Source: Squalus acanthias | Lineage: Eukaryota | Assembly: GCA_030390025.1 (NCBI GenBank) | Contig: JASTWF010000036.1 | Coordinates: 1 to 64,000 of the forward strand | Length of the DNA: 64,000 nt | Direction of reading: 5' to 3' | Part shown: positions 61,719 through 64,000 of the stretch, one piece after another | Position numbering within the stretch: the stretch's first letter is position 1 | Layout of the letters: every line of letters begins with the position of its first letter | Made by a program: the position numbers and the translations under genes | Notes under the pieces: model-generated | Told to the model about the DNA's origin: nothing | Database searches by the model: none | What the model saw: only the letters and a program-made list of their open reading frames with translations

Positions 61719-62490
61719 ACACTATCGGAGGGGCAGTACTGAGGGAGCGCCGCGCTGTCGGAGGGGCAGTACTGAGGGAGCGCCGCACTGTCGGAGCGGC
61801 AGTACTGAGGGAGCGCCGCACTGTCGGAGCGGCAGTACTGAGGGAGCGCCGCACTGTCGGAGCGGCAGTACTGAGGGAGCGCTGCACTGTCGGAGCGGCA
61901 GTACTGAGGGAGCGCCGCACTGTCGGAGCGGCAGTACTGAGGGAGCGCCGCACTGTCGGAGGGGCAGTACTGAGGGAGCGCCGCACTGTCGGAGGGGCGA
62001 TACTGAGGGAGCACCGCACTGTCGGAGGGGCAGTACTGAGGGAGCGCCGCACTGTCGGAGGGGCAGTACTGAGGGAGCGCCGCACTGTCGGAGCGGCAGT
62101 ACTGAGGGAGCGCCGCACTGTCGGAGGGGCGGTACTGAGGGAGCACCGCACTGTCGGAGGGGCAGTACTGAGGGAGCGCCGCACTGTCGGAGGGGCGGTA
62201 CTGAGGGAGCACCGCACTGTCGGAGGAGCAGTACTGAGGGAGCGCCGCACTGTCGGAGGGGCAGTACTGAGGGAGCGCCGCACTGTCGGAGGGGCAGTAC
62301 TGAGGGAGAGCCGCACTGTCGGAGGGGCAGTGCTGAGGGAGCGCCGCACTGTCGGAGGGGTAGTACTGAGGGAACGCTGCACTGTCGGAGGGGTGGTACT
62401 GAGGGAGAGCCGCACTGTCGGAGGGGCGGTACTGAGGGAGCGCCGCACTGTCGGAGGGGCCGTCTTTCGGATGAGACGTTAAACTGAGGT
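61719..62490 (+). repeat. 33-bp minisatellite ending at the start of the Deu domain
   Basis: About 22 units. Confidence 0.92.
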
Positions 62491-62632
62491 CACCTCTCTC
62501 TCCTCCTTTAAGACGCTCCTTAAAAACTCTCTCTTGGACCAGGCTTTTGGTCGCCTTGTGTGGCTCTGGGTCGAAGGTTTGTCTGATTTACGCTCCTGTG
62601 AAGCGCCCTGGGATGTCTCACTGCCTTATAGG

Positions 62633-62832
62633 NNNNNNNNNNNNNNNNNNNNNNNNNNNNNNNNNNNNNNNNNNNNNNNNNNNNNNNNNNNNNNNNNNNN
62701 NNNNNNNNNNNNNNNNNNNNNNNNNNNNNNNNNNNNNNNNNNNNNNNNNNNNNNNNNNNNNNNNNNNNNNNNNNNNNNNNNNNNNNNNNNNNNNNNNNNN
62801 NNNNNNNNNNNNNNNNNNNNNNNNNNNNNNNN
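62633..62832. other. Assembly gap (200 N)
   Basis: N run, followed by (TC/CA)n to 63066. Confidence 1.
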
Positions 62833-63619
62833 CTCTCACTCTCTCTCACACTCTCTCACTCTCTCTCTCACACACACTCACACTCTCTCACACTCTCTCT
62901 CACACTCTCTCTCTCACTCTCTCACACTCTCTCTCTCACTCTCTCACACTCTCTCTCACACACTCTCTCTCTCACACTCTCTCTCTCTCTCTCTCTCTCA
63001 CACACACTCTCTCTCTCTCTCTCTCTCACACACACTCTCTCTCTCTCACTCTCTCTCTCACTCTCCCACGCCTCTGACTATTACCAAGGCCGACACCAGG
63101 TGGAGACATCCTGCCAAATCTGTCTGAAATCAGCACGGGCCTCTCCTCTCCCGCGATTGGACTGGTTCAACGGCCCAATCCCAAGTTATACTTCTGCATT
63201 TCTCTCTCTCTCTCCCTGCCTGGCTGGGTGATGTCACCGCTATTTTTGGCCCACACTTTGCTGAACTTCCATCTGTGAGTTCCGGCATTCACTGACGCTC
63301 GGAGTGGCCGAGTTCTCTCGCGTCGGAGAGGGTTTGTGAGATCGGAGCTCGCCCCACCCACCTCCCCCACACCCCTCCCGCCCCCCTGCTCTACCCTCCA
63401 CCTCCCCGAGAGGTGGTCGGAGACCGTACAGGTGCTGGAGTGTACACCCCACCCAACACCCCCCAAACCCACCCTACCATGCGACAATCGACCGCCGCTC
63501 GAACGCAGCAGAGACTCTCGGCGGCCAAGCGCGCAAACCCCCCCGCCTCACCGTCTCCCGCAACTCGCCGCAGACACGTCTCCACAGAGCTCCACCCCCA
63601 CCCCCCCCACCCATGACAG

Positions 63620-63746
63620 GACTTCCAACCAATGCTTCACACCATTTATGAGGCTCAATGCTTCCTCCCCCCAGATGGTCCCCCTCACCGTGCCAAGACC
63701 ATTGAGGCTGAGCTGGAGGAGGAAGAGGAGGAGTTCCCCGAGACAG
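63620..63746 (+). other. Possible exon of an unidentified plus-strand gene
   Basis: Unique sequence ending in CAG|GTAAGC; two open frames; no homology recognised. Confidence 0.3.
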
Positions 63747-63865
63747 GTAAGCCATGGGGTGCAGGGGGTGGTGGGGGGTGAGCGAAGAGTTCGCCTGGCA
63801 TCGGGGAGAGATCCGGTCAGAGAGGGTGGGCGTGGGGGTGGGGAGAGAAGGCACAGTGTTCACCG

Positions 63866-64000
63866 TGGCCCAATGGGCATCGCTCTCGCCTCTGAGCCGG
63901 ACGGTCGTGGATTCAAGTCCCCACTCCAGAGACTTGAGCGCGAAAATCTAGGCTGACGCTCCCCAGTGTAGTACTGAGGGAGCGCTGCACTGTCGGAGGG
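63866..64000 (+). mobile_element. Deu-SINE tRNA-like head running off the window
   Basis: A/B-box-like motifs followed by a 33-bp unit. Confidence 0.8.

Overview
Vertebrate genomic DNA, most likely from a cartilaginous fish (inferred from the CR1, L2, Deu-SINE, HE1-like and Penelope repeats). It is overwhelmingly repeat-derived and has two 200-N assembly gaps. The main gene is RAPGEF3 (Epac1) on the minus strand. I traced 16 consecutive, phase-compatible coding exons by hand between 35923 and 1883 (1651 nt, about 550 codons), covering the cAMP-binding, REM, RA and most of the CDC25 GEF domain. The last exons lie left of the window, and the N-terminal DEP exons were not found. Highlights: (1) the cAMP phosphate-binding cassette reads FGELAL, a natural equivalent of the engineered Epac1 Q270E substitution; (2) a U12-type AT-AC intron is about 88% filled by a SINE-derived 33-bp minisatellite; (3) two Penelope-like insertions have inverted arms carrying four minimal hammerhead-ribozyme motifs, one pair forming a ~120-bp near-perfect hairpin in a RAPGEF3 intron; (4) two Harbinger-like MITEs carry a CRE/TATA cassette; (5) short internal segments of three retroelement families have repeatedly amplified into minisatellites. 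Exon and motif coordinates were read base by base; repeat boundaries are approximate. Almost all long ORFs in the supplied track are repeat artefacts.
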